Under the pieces are notes generated by a model. It had not been told where the DNA came from. It searched no databases and saw nothing but the letters and a program-made list of their open reading frames with translations. Shown here piece after piece: positions 39,906 to 56,830 of a stretch of 64,000 bases of DNA; the first letter of the stretch is position 1, and every line of letters starts with the position of its first letter. Source of the stretch: Octopus vulgaris (lineage: Eukaryota); assembly GCA_951406725.2 (NCBI GenBank), contig OX597817.1, positions 74,400,001-74,464,000 of the forward strand. Direction: 5' to 3'. A program made the position numbers and the translations under genes.

Positions 39906-41810
39906 TATAAGTCAGAAAAAACAAATCATATATTAGGTAATATGGGGGTATATTATTCATACAATATCATAAATTTGGTTTCATAACAGCCAGTTCATGT
40001 TACTGAATGGTATCATGCTGAAGAACCTTCCTTAAGTATGGAAAGGTAAATTAACAATCATCTTTGGACATGACAGATTGGAAAAGTATAGCTTGGACTG
40101 ATTACTACTAGAAGCCTGAAACCACTACATGTTCGCACATGTGTAGATTTCTCCTGAAACAGTAGATTAAAAAATATCAAGCTCTCACCAGAAAACTCTA
40201 TATGCTAGATAAAAACAGCTAAATATCTGGAAAATATTTTTTCCTTGGCTTAACACACTTTTTTTCTAAATAAATGTGTTTGTGGAGAGAAAAATATTGA
40301 AAAACATCAATACATGTCCAAGTTACAAAGAAACTAGGAAGACACCAGGTGGTCGTGGGATATGCAAGAAACACCAGCTAAACCTCCATTAAATCGTTCA
40401 CATGTATGTCTAAAAATTATTTTGAAAATATAAACAGAAATAAATTTCATATTTGAACTGTCCATGTGGAGGCACATGGCCTAGTGGTTAGAGCAGTGGA
40501 CTCATGGTCGAGGGATCGTGGGTTTGAATCTCACGCTGGGCAATGTTTGTGCTTATGAGCGAAACACCTAAGCTCCACGCACCTCCGGCAGAAGGTAATG
40601 GCAAAACTTCTGCTGACTCTTTCGCCACAACTTTCTCTCACTCTTTCCACCTGCATCTTGCAGCTCACCTGCGATGGACCTAAATGCCAAGAAACCGGGA
40701 AACCAGCCCTTATGAGCCAGGCATGGCTCGAGAAGGAACAAACAACAAAAAAAAAAAATTGTCCATACTCTAAAACTATAATTAAAAAAAAATTTTTTAA
40801 TCAAAAGTTTTAGGATTTATGGCAGATGTGGAGTTAATGAAAATATTAAAAAGGATTTCACTATTGTTTTTAAATTACATTTCATTTTCTATTGGAAAGT
40901 AAATGAAAGGGGGATTGTTGTAATGATGATTGCCAATATCCGAAATTTTTTTTTTAATTTCAAAGTTGGCCAAAATTGGTACTGAGTGAGGAGGTTGAAA
41001 AATTCATAAATTTTCATTTTTTTTTTTTGTCAGAAAAGATGTCTCCACTTGTTTTTAAGTGTGTAGTGCAAGCAAAAATTTGACAAAATAGGTCCAGAAG
41101 GGTAATGGGGAGGGGGAATTCATAAATTTTCAAAACTTTTTTTCATAAAAAGCTTTCCCCTATCATTTCAAAAGTATGGTGGTAAAAAATATGAAAAATC
41201 CCCATCAAAACGGAAAAAAAAACCCAACTTATGAGGGTGTACTATTCCAAAAGTCTGCCAAGGTATTCTGCTGTGAAAATTACCCAGCAATGACGAGATA
41301 CTCAGCAGGTGTGTGTGTGCACGCGCACACGGGCATGTGTGTGTGGTGTGTGTGTGTAAAAGCACCCATTACACTCCTGGAGTAGTTGGTGTTAAGAAGG
41401 GCATCCAGTTGTAGAAACTATACCAAATCAGACTGGAACCTGGTGCAGCTCTCCGGCTCATCAGCTCCAATCAAACTGTCTAATCCATGCTAGCATGGAG
41501 AGCAGATCTTAAATGATGATGATGATATATATTCAGGTTTTGAATTTCTCTTTATGCGGGCATGGCTGTGTGGTTAGGGAGCTTGCTTCCTAGCTATATG
41601 GTTTCGGGTTCAGTCCCACTGCGTGGCACTTTGGGTAGGTGTCTTTCACTATAGCCCCGAGCTGACCGGAGCTTTGTGATTGAATTCGGTAGGTGGAAGT
41701 TACTGCCGTGTGTGTATATGTGCGTGTAGGTGCTTGTGCCTCTCCGAAAGAGAGAGAGGGGATTTCTTTAATTGTTCATAATAAATTTTGTCTATAAATT
41801 ATTTCAACAG

Positions 41811-41938
41811 GCATCACCAGTTTTCATGACCTTTGTCCTGGTGGAAGCATTTGTTAGCTTGCTCTTTGGTCATGGAAAAGTACGAATTTCTGATGGTCTC
41901 ACTTCAATCAGTGCTGGAATATTATCAAGAATTCCATT
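41811..41938 (+). CDS. AGMO: AGMO exon 2 (ASPVFMTFVLVEAFVSLLFGHGKVRISDGLTSISAGILSRIP)
   Basis: Acceptor tttcaacag| and donor TT|gtaagt; DGLTSISAGILSRIP matches AGMO DALTSISAGVLSRLP; 128 nt, phase-compatible with exons 1 and 3. Not in the ORF track; found by hand translation. Confidence 0.93.
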
Positions 41939-43090
41939 GTAAGTTTTCACTCATAGAACTTGATTTCTGCCATAATGCTTCCTTCAAAAATTGCTTGCTT
42001 CCTGAAACTCACCAACACTACTTCTGATGTGCTTATGCACCATTTTCTGGTTCTTTTACTGTTCGCTTTCCTGTCTTATGCTGTGTAGTATGTATGTACC
42101 TTTAAGGCAGTGAGCTGGCAGAAACATTAGCTCACCAGGCAAAATGCTTAGTAGTTATTTCAACTGTCTTTATGTTCTGAGTTCAAATTCTGCCAAGGTC
42201 AACTTTGTCTTTCATCCTTTCGGGGTCGATAAATTAAGTACCAGTTGCATACTGGGGTCGATCTAATCGATTGGTTCTCTACCCAAAAATTTCGGGCTTT
42301 GTGCCTAGAGTAGAAAAGATTATGTATGTGCCTTTAACTATCATTGCTGTCTTTCTTTACTTGACTTATTACCATTCTCTGTCCCCTCTTTTACCCTTTT
42401 CCAATAGGTTGTAATGCACCTGAGCACTGTATACAATAAGTTCATTATTATTATATGTGCAAGAAACATAAATATGGGAAACAAGGAAAGTATAGTTGAT
42501 TCAATTAATCCCAATACTTGGCTACTGTTTACTTTATTAACACCAGAAAACAGAAAAGTAGTTTTTGCCCGTCAGAATTTTAACTCAGAACTTAAAGGGA
42601 AGTAACTCCATACTACTCAATACTGCAACTTATTTTATTTAAGCTCATAAATGATTTTGCTATCCACTCTCTTCAGTGAGTAATCTGTTAATTGATATGT
42701 TTTTCTTCCCTTTCTTTCCAGTCTTCTAATTCATTAATTTTAGCCTAGATACCACTAGTTAAGAGTTTCCATAATACTTTTTTTCACAAATTGCAGAAAT
42801 TTCTTGCCCCTCATTAAGTGTTTTGCTAAAATGGTAATCCTTTCAGAATTACAGGAATCCATAGTGCTAGCATTCAACTAAGGGGATAGTTGTAATGATG
42901 ATTGCCAATATCCAAATTATTTTTTTTTTAATTTCAAATTGGCCAAAATTTTTACTGGTTAAGGAGGGTTGAAAAATTCATAAATTTTCTTTTTTCTTTT
43001 TTTTTTTTCAGTAAAGATGTTTCCACTGTGTAGTGCAAACAAATTTCTGACATAATAAGTCCAGAAGGGTAGTGGGAAGTGGGGATTCAT

Positions 43091-43138
<48 letters not shown>

Positions 43139-43163
43139 AAACACTTGTATGTATAAATTTAAG

Positions 43164-43206
<43 letters not shown>

Positions 43207-43289
43207 GGTCCCGGGTTGATTCGGGGTTAACCACAGTAAATAAGGTACTCAATACATAGCAGAGTAAAATTAATTTATTATATAGAAGG

Positions 43290-43340
43290 AGCTTCTACAG
43301 GACTAGAACTGTTTCATTCAAGAGAAATCTTCAGGAAGCT
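43290..43340 (-). ncRNA. Type I hammerhead ribozyme (antisense copy)
   Basis: Reverse complement of 47394-47444. Confidence 0.75.
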
Positions 43341-43705
43341 AGTTAACAAGAATTGTATTGGCATTTATACATTTAGGCAGGTTTAAAGGGGTGGTGGTGG
43401 GGGACTTTTTGGGGGTAGGCATAGCGCAAAAAAATCATACTTGGGGGAGTGGTCAAGGAGTCAGTGGTAAATTAGATAGAAGAATAAATAAAAGAATAAA
43501 AAAAATAAAAAAAGGGAGAATAAAAAAATATATAGAGGAATAGAGTTTTAGGTAAATAAGGAAAATCTCACTTATACCTATACACATATGTATACATATA
43601 TACACACACACACACACATATACATACTCACATACATACACACACACCCATATATATATATATACACACACACATACATATACATACATATATCTACACA
43701 CACAT

Positions 43706-43750
<45 letters not shown>

Positions 43751-44653
43751 CACATATACATGCACATACATATACACACACACATGTATATATGCACACA
43801 CACACACGACCACACATACACATATACACAAAAAATATATACATACACACACATACACATACACACATACACACACATATATATCCACATACACACATGC
43901 ACACACAACACACAAGTCCCTATATACTCATATGTACTTATACACATATATGTACATATACATATATATATACACATACATATGTGTACCTATTCATACC
44001 TACACATACACACATATACACATACAAATACAAACCCATTCCCTAATTTTAATTTTATTATCTTCATTTATTACTTTTGTTATCTTTGACCGCTGGTCAC
44101 AAACATCTTGGCTACGACAACCAGTCCCTTTTATCTTTCTACTTGAGCACAAGCACTCACTCACGCACGCACACTCGTTAGCATGCACACTCACTCATTC
44201 GTACACTCATACACATACACGCACGCACGCGTTATATTCATACATAGATACATCTACATACATACACGTATATACACATACGTACGTGTACCTACAGATT
44301 CATGTCTACAATCTTAGAAGACTAGTCTATACATATACACCAATAAATATATATACACACATACATATACACCTACATACAAATACATACATACATCATA
44401 ACTCTACGTACCTACATATACCTAAACACACGAGCGTACACGTATATGTACTTATACACATACACATACCCACGCATATATACATACATACACATACATA
44501 CACGCACATATACACAAATATATATGTATATATATATATATACATATACACATATATACACATATATATATATATATACATATATATACACATATATACA
44601 TATACACGTATACACACATATATACATACATATACATACACACACATACACAT

Positions 44654-44827
<174 letters not shown>

Positions 44828-44960
44828 GTATGTGTATGTGTGTGTGTGTGTATATGTATATATGTGTATGTGTGTGCGTGTGTATATATATATATATATG
44901 TTTATTTTTATATATATATATATATGTGTATATATATATATATGTGTGTATGTATATGTA

Positions 44961-45012
<52 letters not shown>

Positions 45013-45435
45013 TGTACGCAAGTATGTCGATGTATATGTAGGTATGTAGAGTTATGTGTATGTGCATGTATGTGTGTGTATATACAGATTGTAGATGGGT
45101 ATATATATGTGTGTGTATATATGCATATGTATATGTATATATATGTGTGTGTGTATATATAGATATATGTATATATATATATATGTATATGTGGGTAGGT
45201 AGAGTTATACGTATGTGCATGTGTATATGTATATGTATATGTATATGTATGTGTATGTGTATGTATGTACATATATATGTGTGTGTGTGTGTGTATGTGT
45301 GTATATGTATGTATATATGTATATATATATATATGTGTGTATGTGTAGGTGTGGGTATATATATATGTGTGTGTGTGTATGTATGTGTGTGTGTGTATAT
45401 ATATGTGTGTGTGTATGTGTGTGTATATATGTATA

Positions 45436-45466
<31 letters not shown>

Positions 45467-45483
45467 GTGTATATATATATGTA

Positions 45484-45532
<49 letters not shown>

Positions 45533-45659
45533 GAATATGTGTGTGTATGTGTACATATGTGTATGTGTGTATAGATATATGTGTGTATGTATGTGTATGC
45601 GTGTATGTATGTATATATATATTTATATGTATGTATGTGTATATATATGTGTATATGTG

Positions 45660-45708
<49 letters not shown>

Positions 45709-45777
45709 AGGTGTGTGTATATATGTATATGTAAGTGTGTGAGTGTGTATGGGTATGTATGTATTATTGCACACATG

Positions 45778-45828
<51 letters not shown>

Positions 45829-46002
45829 ATGTATGTATGTGTATATATATGTGTGTATGTATGTGTGTATGTATATGTATGTGTGTGTGTATATATGTAT
45901 GTGTGTGTGTATGTGTGTATATGTATATGTATGTGTATGTGTGTGTATGTATATATATGTGTATGTGTATGTGTGTGTATGTATATGTGTATATATGTGT
46001 GT

Positions 46003-46051
<49 letters not shown>

Positions 46052-46725
46052 TGTATGTATATGTATGTATATATGTGTGTATGCGTGTATATGTATATAT
46101 GTGTATATATATGTATATATATATATATATGTGTATATATGTGTATATGTATATATATATATATACATATATATTTGTGTATATGTGCGTGTATGTTTGT
46201 GTATGTATGTATATATGCGTGGGTATGTGTATGTGTATAAGTACATATACGTGTACGCTCGTGTGTTTAGGTATATGTAGGTACGTAGAGTTATGATGTA
46301 TGTATGTATTTGTATGTAGGTGTATATGTATGTGTGTATATATATTTATTGGTGTATATGTATAGACTAGTCTTCTAAGATTGTAGACATGAATCTGTAG
46401 GTACGCGTATGTATGTGTATATACGTGTATGTATGTAGATGTATGTATGTATGAATATAACGCGTGCGTGCGTGTATGTGTATGAGTGTACGAATGAGTG
46501 AGTGTGTGTGCTAACGAGTGTGCATGCGTGAGTGAGTGCTTGTGCTCAAGTAGAAAGATAAAAGGGACTGGTTGTCGTAGCCAAGATGTTTGTGACCAGC
46601 GGTCAAAGATAACAAAAGTAATAAATGAAGATAATAAAATTAAAATTAGGGAATGGGTTTGTATTTGTATGTGTATATGTGTGTATGTGTAGGTATGAAT
46701 AGGTACACATATGTATGTGTATATA

Positions 46726-46762
<37 letters not shown>

Positions 46763-46978
46763 GTACATATATGTGTATAAGTACATATGAGTATATAGGG
46801 ACTTGTGTGTTGTGTGTGCATGTGTGTATGTGGATATATGTGTGTGTTTATGTGTGTATGTGTATGTGTGTGTATGTATATATTTTTTGTGTATATGTGT
46901 ATGTGTGGTCGTGTGTGTGTGTGCATATATACATGTGTGTGTGTATATGTATGTGCATGTATATGTGTATGTATATAT

Positions 46979-47018
<40 letters not shown>

Positions 47019-47053
47019 GTGTATGTGTGTGTAGATATATGTATGTATATGTA

Positions 47054-47096
<43 letters not shown>

Positions 47097-47393
47097 GTGT
47101 GTGTGTATGTATGTGAGTATGCATATGTGTGTGTGTGTGTGTATATATGTATACATATGTGTATAGGTATAAGTGAGATTTTCCTTATTTACCTAAAACT
47201 CTATTCCTCTATATATTTTTTTATTCTCCCTTTTTTTATTCTTTTATTTATTCTTCTATCTAATTTACCACTGACTCCTTGACCACTCCCCCAAGTATGA
47301 TTTTTTTGCGCTATGCCTACCCCAAAAAGTCCCCCACCACCACCCCTTTAAACCTGCCTAAATGTATAAATGCCAATACAATTCTTGTTAACT

Positions 47394-47444
47394 AGCTTCC
47401 TGAAGATTTCTCTTGAATGAAACAGTTCTAGTCCTGTAGAAGCT
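47394..47444 (+). ncRNA. Type I hammerhead ribozyme
   Basis: Stem I agcttc/gaagct; core CTGAAGA; stem II ttc/gaa; GAAA; stem III acag/ctgt; cleavage triplet GTA at 47436-47438. Confidence 0.78.
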
Positions 47445-47455
47445 CCTTCTATATA

Positions 47456-47542
<87 letters not shown>

Positions 47543-48099
47543 TATATCATCAGTGGATCATATATCCAAAAAAGAAGTCTGTCTATAAAGCTAAGCATTT
47601 TAAGGATTATGGATGCAAAACCATTAGTCACTCTATGGTTGGGCATGTATTTAACTGGTGCAGCCTTCTAGTGTGCCAGCCCTGGTCAAACTATCCAACC
47701 CATGCCAGCATGGACAACAGACGTTAAATGATGATGATGATGACATATATATATATATACAAAGGACTTCATTCAGCTTATGTCTTCCAAATCCACTCAT
47801 AATCAGCCCAAGGCCATAGCTGAAGATATTCACCTAAGGTGCCACACAGTGGGATTGAACCTAAACTCTGAACCATGTGGCTGGGAAGCAAACTTATAAT
47901 GAATAGAAAAACATATGTAAAATAACAATCATAAGAATGGACAATTATGTATATGACATGACAATCCTTTAACCATAATGAAGTATAATTGGCAAATTAA
48001 TTTCAAATAGGGAAAAAGACAATAAGATTTTAATTCATTTACTTAATATTATAGTTTCATAACAATGTTCAAGTTTTTTTTTATTATCATTAATTACAG

Positions 48100-48251
48100 G
48101 ATCTTTTTGAGGTCAGGATTCCTGAATATGTACCAGTGGATATACAATAATTACCACATTGTAAAACTGGAATGGAACTCACCATATACTTGGATACTTA
48201 CTCTTTTAGTCGTTGACTTTTCCTACTACTGGTTCCATCGACTTGCACATG
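48100..48251 (+). CDS. AGMO: AGMO exon 3 (LIFLRSGFLNMYQWIYNNYHIVKLEWNSPYTWILTLLVVDFSYYWFHRLAH)
   Basis: Acceptor ttacag|G, donor G|gtaaag; first His box DFxYYWFHRxAH; 152 nt. Confidence 0.95.
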
Positions 48252-48485
48252 GTAAAGTATGATGCTTTCAGATTTTTAATGCCTTTGATACCAGCATGCC
48301 TGACTCAGCACTCTGCTTTTTTAAAGTGATCATTTCATGAATGTTTTTTCAGACTGTGAACACAGGCCCATATTACCAAATGTGTCCTGCTCTTTTAAAA
48401 AGGGAGATTTGGTTGCTATTTCTAACAGATTTAACAAATATGAAGCTACACCATTATTGATTTGTCTATCAGATACTTTATATAA

Positions 48486-48519
<34 letters not shown>

Positions 48520-49164
48520 ATGATGTATGCATGTATACTAATATGATGGACTCTCCTATCAAAGATAACATATGAGAAGAAAGAAAAATAAATCCAACCA
48601 AATAGATTATCAGCAACACACTCACACTACTATCACTACCATTCACCAATGTTTACAATTCATTCATGTCACTCAGTGACTCCTCATGTGCATCCTCAGG
48701 TCACCAAAAGCAATGCAGATATGAACATGAACATATATATATATATATATACATATGATGAAGTGGTGAGAAAGGATCTACAAATGTTGGGACTCACAGA
48801 GCGGTTGACAGGAAACCAAAAGTCCTGGTGGTTAGCTGTGCTTGAAAAGACACATCAAGCTATGTGAAAGCAGCATGGTTGTCCTTGCATACAGGCTCAT
48901 CCCCTGCAACCTTCTCCATCTGAGCACCCCTAATCTTGCGGGCTCATAGGTGCTGGTACCAGATAAAAAGAACCCATACTGGTGTTGCATAAAAGCATCC
49001 AGTACACTCTGTAAAGTGGTTAGCATTAGGAAGGGCATCCAGCCATAGAAACCATGCCAAAAGAGACAGGGAGCCTGAATAGCACTCCAGCTGGTCAGCT
49101 GCTGTCAAGCCATCCAACCCATGCTAGCATGGAAAGCAGATATTAAATGATGATGATGATGAGC

Positions 49165-49460
49165 TTATTGTATACAATGCTCAGATGCATTACAACTCAT
49201 CAGAAAAAGTAGTGAAAAGTGCATGAACACCATGTAGAACAATGCACAGGACGGGAACAGTGAATGAATCATTTGAAAAAGAATTTAGGAAACATCATGT
49301 GTACTGTTGGTGAATTTCAAAAAGCATGGAGGTTTTGAAGGATGTCATGTCTCAACAGCTGACAACTGATGCAGGCAGTTTATTCTATGCTTCAGCAGTT
49401 CTGAGCATGAAAAAATGTTTCCAAAAGTCATAGGTGCTGCGTTGTTTTTTGATTTTATAT
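49165..49460 (-). mobile_element. CR1-like LINE 3' fragment; related tails at ~42400-42455, 58085-58225, 60800-60965
   Basis: FFMLRTAEA*NKLPASVVSC..SFK peptide and recurrent tgcacctgagcactgtatacaat-(att)n tail. Confidence 0.6.
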
Positions 49461-50252
49461 GAATGTTAGATATATGGAGCTCAAAAGGGTGTCTAAGTTG
49501 TTGTTGGAAAGAAGGTGGGTATTGTATACAATCATCATCACCATCCTTGTCTTGACTTTGTACGGTTGTTATAAAGGAAGATCACCATCATTGAAGTAAT
49601 GTCCTTTGTTTCCCAATCCTCTGTAAAAAAAACCACCTAGCTTGGAGAAAGCATTACGTTGCTTGGAAATAGGTGAGAATTGGGAAAACGAAGGGCATTT
49701 AATCATAGAAAATCTTTCGCAATGAATTCTGTCTGATCCACACAAGCTCCATCACCACCATCATCACCAACCAGATGCCATCATCATCATCACATCAACA
49801 TCACCACCACCACCACCACCACCATCATCATCATCATATATTGTTATCATCATCATCTTCATTAAATTCACCGTTGTTATTATCATCATCACCATCATTA
49901 TCATCATCATAACTACAAACACAACTACCACTATCACAAACACTTCTACCACTACCACCACCACTACCACAAACACCAGCTGTTGCACCATCACCACTAC
50001 TACCACCACCACCACCACCATCACCATCATCAGCATCATCATCTTCGTTGTTATTATCATGATCATTATCATCAACCTCTCCACCACCACCACCACTGTC
50101 GTCGTCGTCATCATCATCATCATATTTATGTCCACTTTTCCATACAGACACGGCTTTGACGGCTCAATTTTAATACTATATGGTGACCCTAATTTGTTGT
50201 AATCATTCTTTCGTTGTTTCCTAACCCCCTTGTTTGTCTTTTATTTTTCCAG

Positions 50253-50356
50253 AGACTAGTATCCTATGGTCTGCTCACCAAGTACATCACAGTTCTGAAG
50301 ACTATAACTTCTCAACAGCAACAAGACAATCAATCCTTCAAGTCTACAGTGGTTGG
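50253..50356 (+). CDS. AGMO: AGMO exon 4 (ETSILWSAHQVHHSSEDYNFSTATRQSILQVYSGW)
   Basis: Acceptor ttttccag|AG, donor TGG|gtaggt; His box HQVHHSSEDYN; the Glu of HRxAHE is split G|AG across the exon 3/4 junction; 104 nt. Confidence 0.95.
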
Positions 50357-51511
50357 GTAGGTACCAGGGCTGATGTACAACTAAATTCAGTATTTAAATC
50401 TTCAGCATTATAGTCATCATCATCATCATTATCATCATCATCATCTCATCACCACCACCACTGCCTCCACTATGATTACCACTGACCAGCTTTGTCATCA
50501 TCATCACTACTACTGCCACCATCCACCACCATCCACCATCCACCATCACCGCCACTGCTGCCACTACCCTTATCATCATCAGCAGCAGCAGCATCAACAA
50601 CAACAGCACCACCAGTATACCCACTAGTACCACCACCACCAGTATTATAATCACCCCCACTACAACCACCACTTCTTTCTGTACCATCACCACTATCACT
50701 AACATCACCACCATCACTAACTTCACCACCATTACCACCATCATCATTGTTTCCTTCAATGTGATTATAGTCAGTTTTGTTCCCCACCCCATAAGCACCT
50801 TTCCTTCCTCAACCCTACACTTTTTTCTGCAGACATAGTATTTCAAATGTTAATTGCTACCAGAAGTTTTTTCTTTGAGACAAAAACAAAATGCCTTTAT
50901 TCCATTAATATTTTTTTCTATAATCCCTGCATATTTATTAGTTCAATTCCAACATCATTTTATTTGTCTTCCCCTAAATAGCAAACATGAAAGGGGGGTT
51001 GAAGAGTCTATTTGCCAAGCTGGCAGAAACATCAGCGCGCCGAGCGAAATGCTTAGCAGTATTTCGTCTGCCGCTACATTCTGAGTTCAAATTCTGCCAA
51101 GGTCCACTTTGCCTTTCATCCTTTTGGGGTCAATTAAATGAGTACCAGTTACGCACTGGTGTCGATGTAATCGACTTATTCCCTTTGTATGTCTTTGTTT
51201 AGCCCCTTGTGGGCAATAAAGAAACATATTTGCCAACAACCCTGAGTGCTGTTGCCTGGCTTAGTGATTAGTTAGTTTGCCTTATAATAAAGCTGTTGTA
51301 GTTTTGGTCCCGCTAAGCCTCGCCTTGAGCAAGTCATTTCTACCATAGACCTGAGTTGAGTAATGCCTTGTGGGTAGAATCTGGTAGATGGAGACAGTTC
51401 AAAAGCCTGTTGTTTATCTATCTATCAGCTTATCAATCAATCTATCTCACCGTCTGTCTGTCTATCTATCCATCTATCTAGCTAGCTAGCAAGCTAACTA
51501 CCTATATTTTC

Positions 51512-51739
<228 letters not shown>

Positions 51740-51756
51740 TATATATATATATGATA

Positions 51757-54169
<2,413 letters not shown>

Positions 54170-54191
54170 CATATAATATAAATAATATATA

Positions 54192-54233
<42 letters not shown>

Positions 54234-54519
54234 CAACAATTGAGGGTAAAATTAATTAATTATTAATCAATTTCACCAAGTATTCAGTATGTAAAGGGAC
54301 CATTTAAGGCGAATTCAAATTATTACATTATATAAAAGGGCTTAGTAAAATAAATTACTTTGCCACATACTGAACTCATTAGAAATAGCAGCTAAAAAAA
54401 TTTTTTTAAAACTATTTCTAATACTTAAAGAAAAATCTCTCTCATATAGTGTTTGCTCAAGTCAACTCACGAAAGTATGGGGGTAAAAACATTAAAAAAT
54501 CACAAATGCAAAGGTTATT

Positions 54520-54571
54520 TGAGAACGTACGTTTCTAGATTAGTCAAATCGACATTTCTTTCGTCAGCTCA
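54520..54571 (-). ncRNA. Type I hammerhead ribozyme (antisense copy)
   Basis: Reverse complement of 55162-55213. Confidence 0.7.
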
Positions 54572-55161
54572 GAATTCCTTGATTCGGATTTGGGAACACT
54601 GAAAGTGGGAGCATACCCTTTTGGCTTCTTCTCACTTCTGAAGATCTGCTCGAACTATCAGTGCTAGCAAATTCAAAATATGCAAGCGAAGAATTTCTGC
54701 TCTCCCCTTTCCACCAGCGTGGGTTAAAATTGGTAAACACTATGTTTTATCGGTAAAAACCGAAGCATTAAATAGAGAGAAATAAATTATAATTTCAACA
54801 GTATGTGGCAAAGTAATTTATTTTACTAAGCCCTTTTATATAATGTAATAATTTGAATTCGCCTTAAATGGTCCCTTTACATACTGAATACTTGGTGAAA
54901 TTGATTAATAATTAATTAATTTTACCCTCAATTGTTGAAATTATAATTTATTTCTCTCTATTTAATGCTTCGGTTTTTACCGATAAAACATAGTGTTTAC
55001 CAATTTTAACCCACACTGGTGGAAAGGGGAGAACAGAAATTCTTCGCTTGCATATTTTGAATTTGCTAGCATTGATAGTTCGAGCAGATCTTCAGAAGTG
55101 AGAAGAAGCCAAAAGGGTATGCTCCCACTTTCAGTGTTCCCAAATCCGAATCAAGGAGTTC

Positions 55162-55213
55162 TGAGCTGACGAAAGAAATGTCGATTTGACTAATCTAGAA
55201 ACGTACGTTCTCA
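55162..55213 (+). ncRNA. Minimal type I hammerhead ribozyme with palindromic stem III
   Basis: Stem I tgag/ctca; core CTGACGA; stem II aga/tct plus gtc/gac; GAAA; ACGTACGT palindrome; cleavage triplet GTT at 55207-55209. Confidence 0.72.
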
Positions 55214-55406
55214 AATAACCTTTGCATTTGTGATTTTTTAATGTTTTTACCCCCATACTTTCGTGAGTTGACTTGAGCAAACACTATATGAGAGAGATTT
55301 TCTTTAAGTATTAGAAATAGTTTAAAAAAAATTTTTTCAGCTGTTATTTCTAATGAGTTCAGTATGTGGCAAAGTAATTTATTTTACTAAGCCCTTTTAT
55401 ATAATG

Positions 55407-55476
<70 letters not shown>

Positions 55477-56266
55477 TATACAGGTACAACACATCACCAA
55501 CTGTAAATAACATGAAATATGCAAACAAGCAAGTTACGAGAAAAGAAACTAAAAGCAGGACAAGTAACACAAAGAACGACCTTCATCAGTTGTCAGCTGT
55601 CTATCTACTCCTCATTTTAAGCATTCAACGACAATATGAGTCTTCAAAGACAGTTGCTCCCATAACTTCCAAAATAAATTTTGGATTTTATGGAGGGCCA
55701 AAGTTGGGAACAAAAACAGGACAGTGGAGACATGCAAGGTAACCAAATGAAAACAAACATGGAGGGTCGTTAGACCAGAACGAGGGGAAAGATAGTGAAC
55801 ATTGGAAGAAATATACATATACTCACATCCATATAACGATGATCATTTCACAATCTTTATCACAAGAAGACAATTAATTTTTGTGTATAACAAATAATAA
55901 ATTATTTTATTTGTCTGTATTAATGTGTATAACATAATGTATAAATTCATTTATGAATTAATAGAGGTACAAAAAAAGCTTCTTTCATTCTTCAACACAA
56001 TACATATGTACAAATGCTGAGAATCAACTATCAAAATATTGATATATGGAAGACAATAAGTAATAAAATTAATAAAACATTATACTATAGGAGGGCGGAG
56101 GTAGATTTAGTAAGATATTAAAAAGGAAACAGTGGATTACGGTAGTGGAAGAGAAAATTATATATAGTATGATATAGAAGGAAAATAATAATTTATTATT
56201 TTACTTGTTCATAATTATAATCATTCTTGTAGAATACTGGAAATGATAATGATGGTGATGATGATG

Positions 56267-56307
<41 letters not shown>

Positions 56308-56734
56308 TGCGTGCGTGTGTGTGTGTGTGCGTGCGTGTGTGTGTGCGTGCGTGTGCACATGTGTATGGAAGACAGAACACTAAAAAGGGGAGTGTTGTTA
56401 GATGGGATGCTCTTACTGCTTTCACCCACTGCCTATCTCCAGCCTCTATCTCACTACCCTCACTCTACATCCTCTCCACATGAGATGCTTTCATCCTCTG
56501 CTACACTTTTATTGTACCCACCCTCTCATTCCATCTCTCTATTTTATTGTTCTCACAACATTCACATCTTAGTCCTTCCCCAATCTCCATGATGCCTGTT
56601 ACATAATATATGGTTGTTATGTAACAGACATATTATTTGTGTATATTTGTCTTAAATGTTATGGCAATGTAACACATAAGTATTAGTTTCATCTTAGATA
56701 CTATTATCAATGTTTTACTGTTTTTCTCATACAG

Positions 56735-56830
56735 GCATTCTATACTCCGATGGCATTATTTGTTCCAATATCTATATATATGGTACATGAGCAATTAAAT
56801 CTGCTTTACCAGTTTTGGATTCACACAGAA
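56735..56830 (+). CDS. AGMO: AGMO exon 5 (AFYTPMALFVPISIYMVHEQLNLLYQFWIHTE)
   Basis: Acceptor catacag|, donor GAA|gtaagt; NLLYQFWIHTE motif; 96 nt. Confidence 0.95.

Larger units (their letters stand above)
54228..55410. mobile_element. Retrozyme-like element: two inverted, circularly permuted ~561-nt monomers
   Basis: taatttcaaca recurs at 54228 and 54790; gtatgtggcaaag recurs at 54801 and 55362; hammerhead in each arm; no ORF; (TA)n flanks. Confidence 0.8.

Noticed and set aside
49745-50760. Asp/Gly/His/Met-rich ORFs around exon 4
   Set aside because: Degenerate (CAT)/(CAC) trinucleotide repeats in introns
55490-55810. Minus-strand CTGATGA in a repeat next to the retrozyme-like element
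   Set aside because: Could not place GAAA and stems consistently
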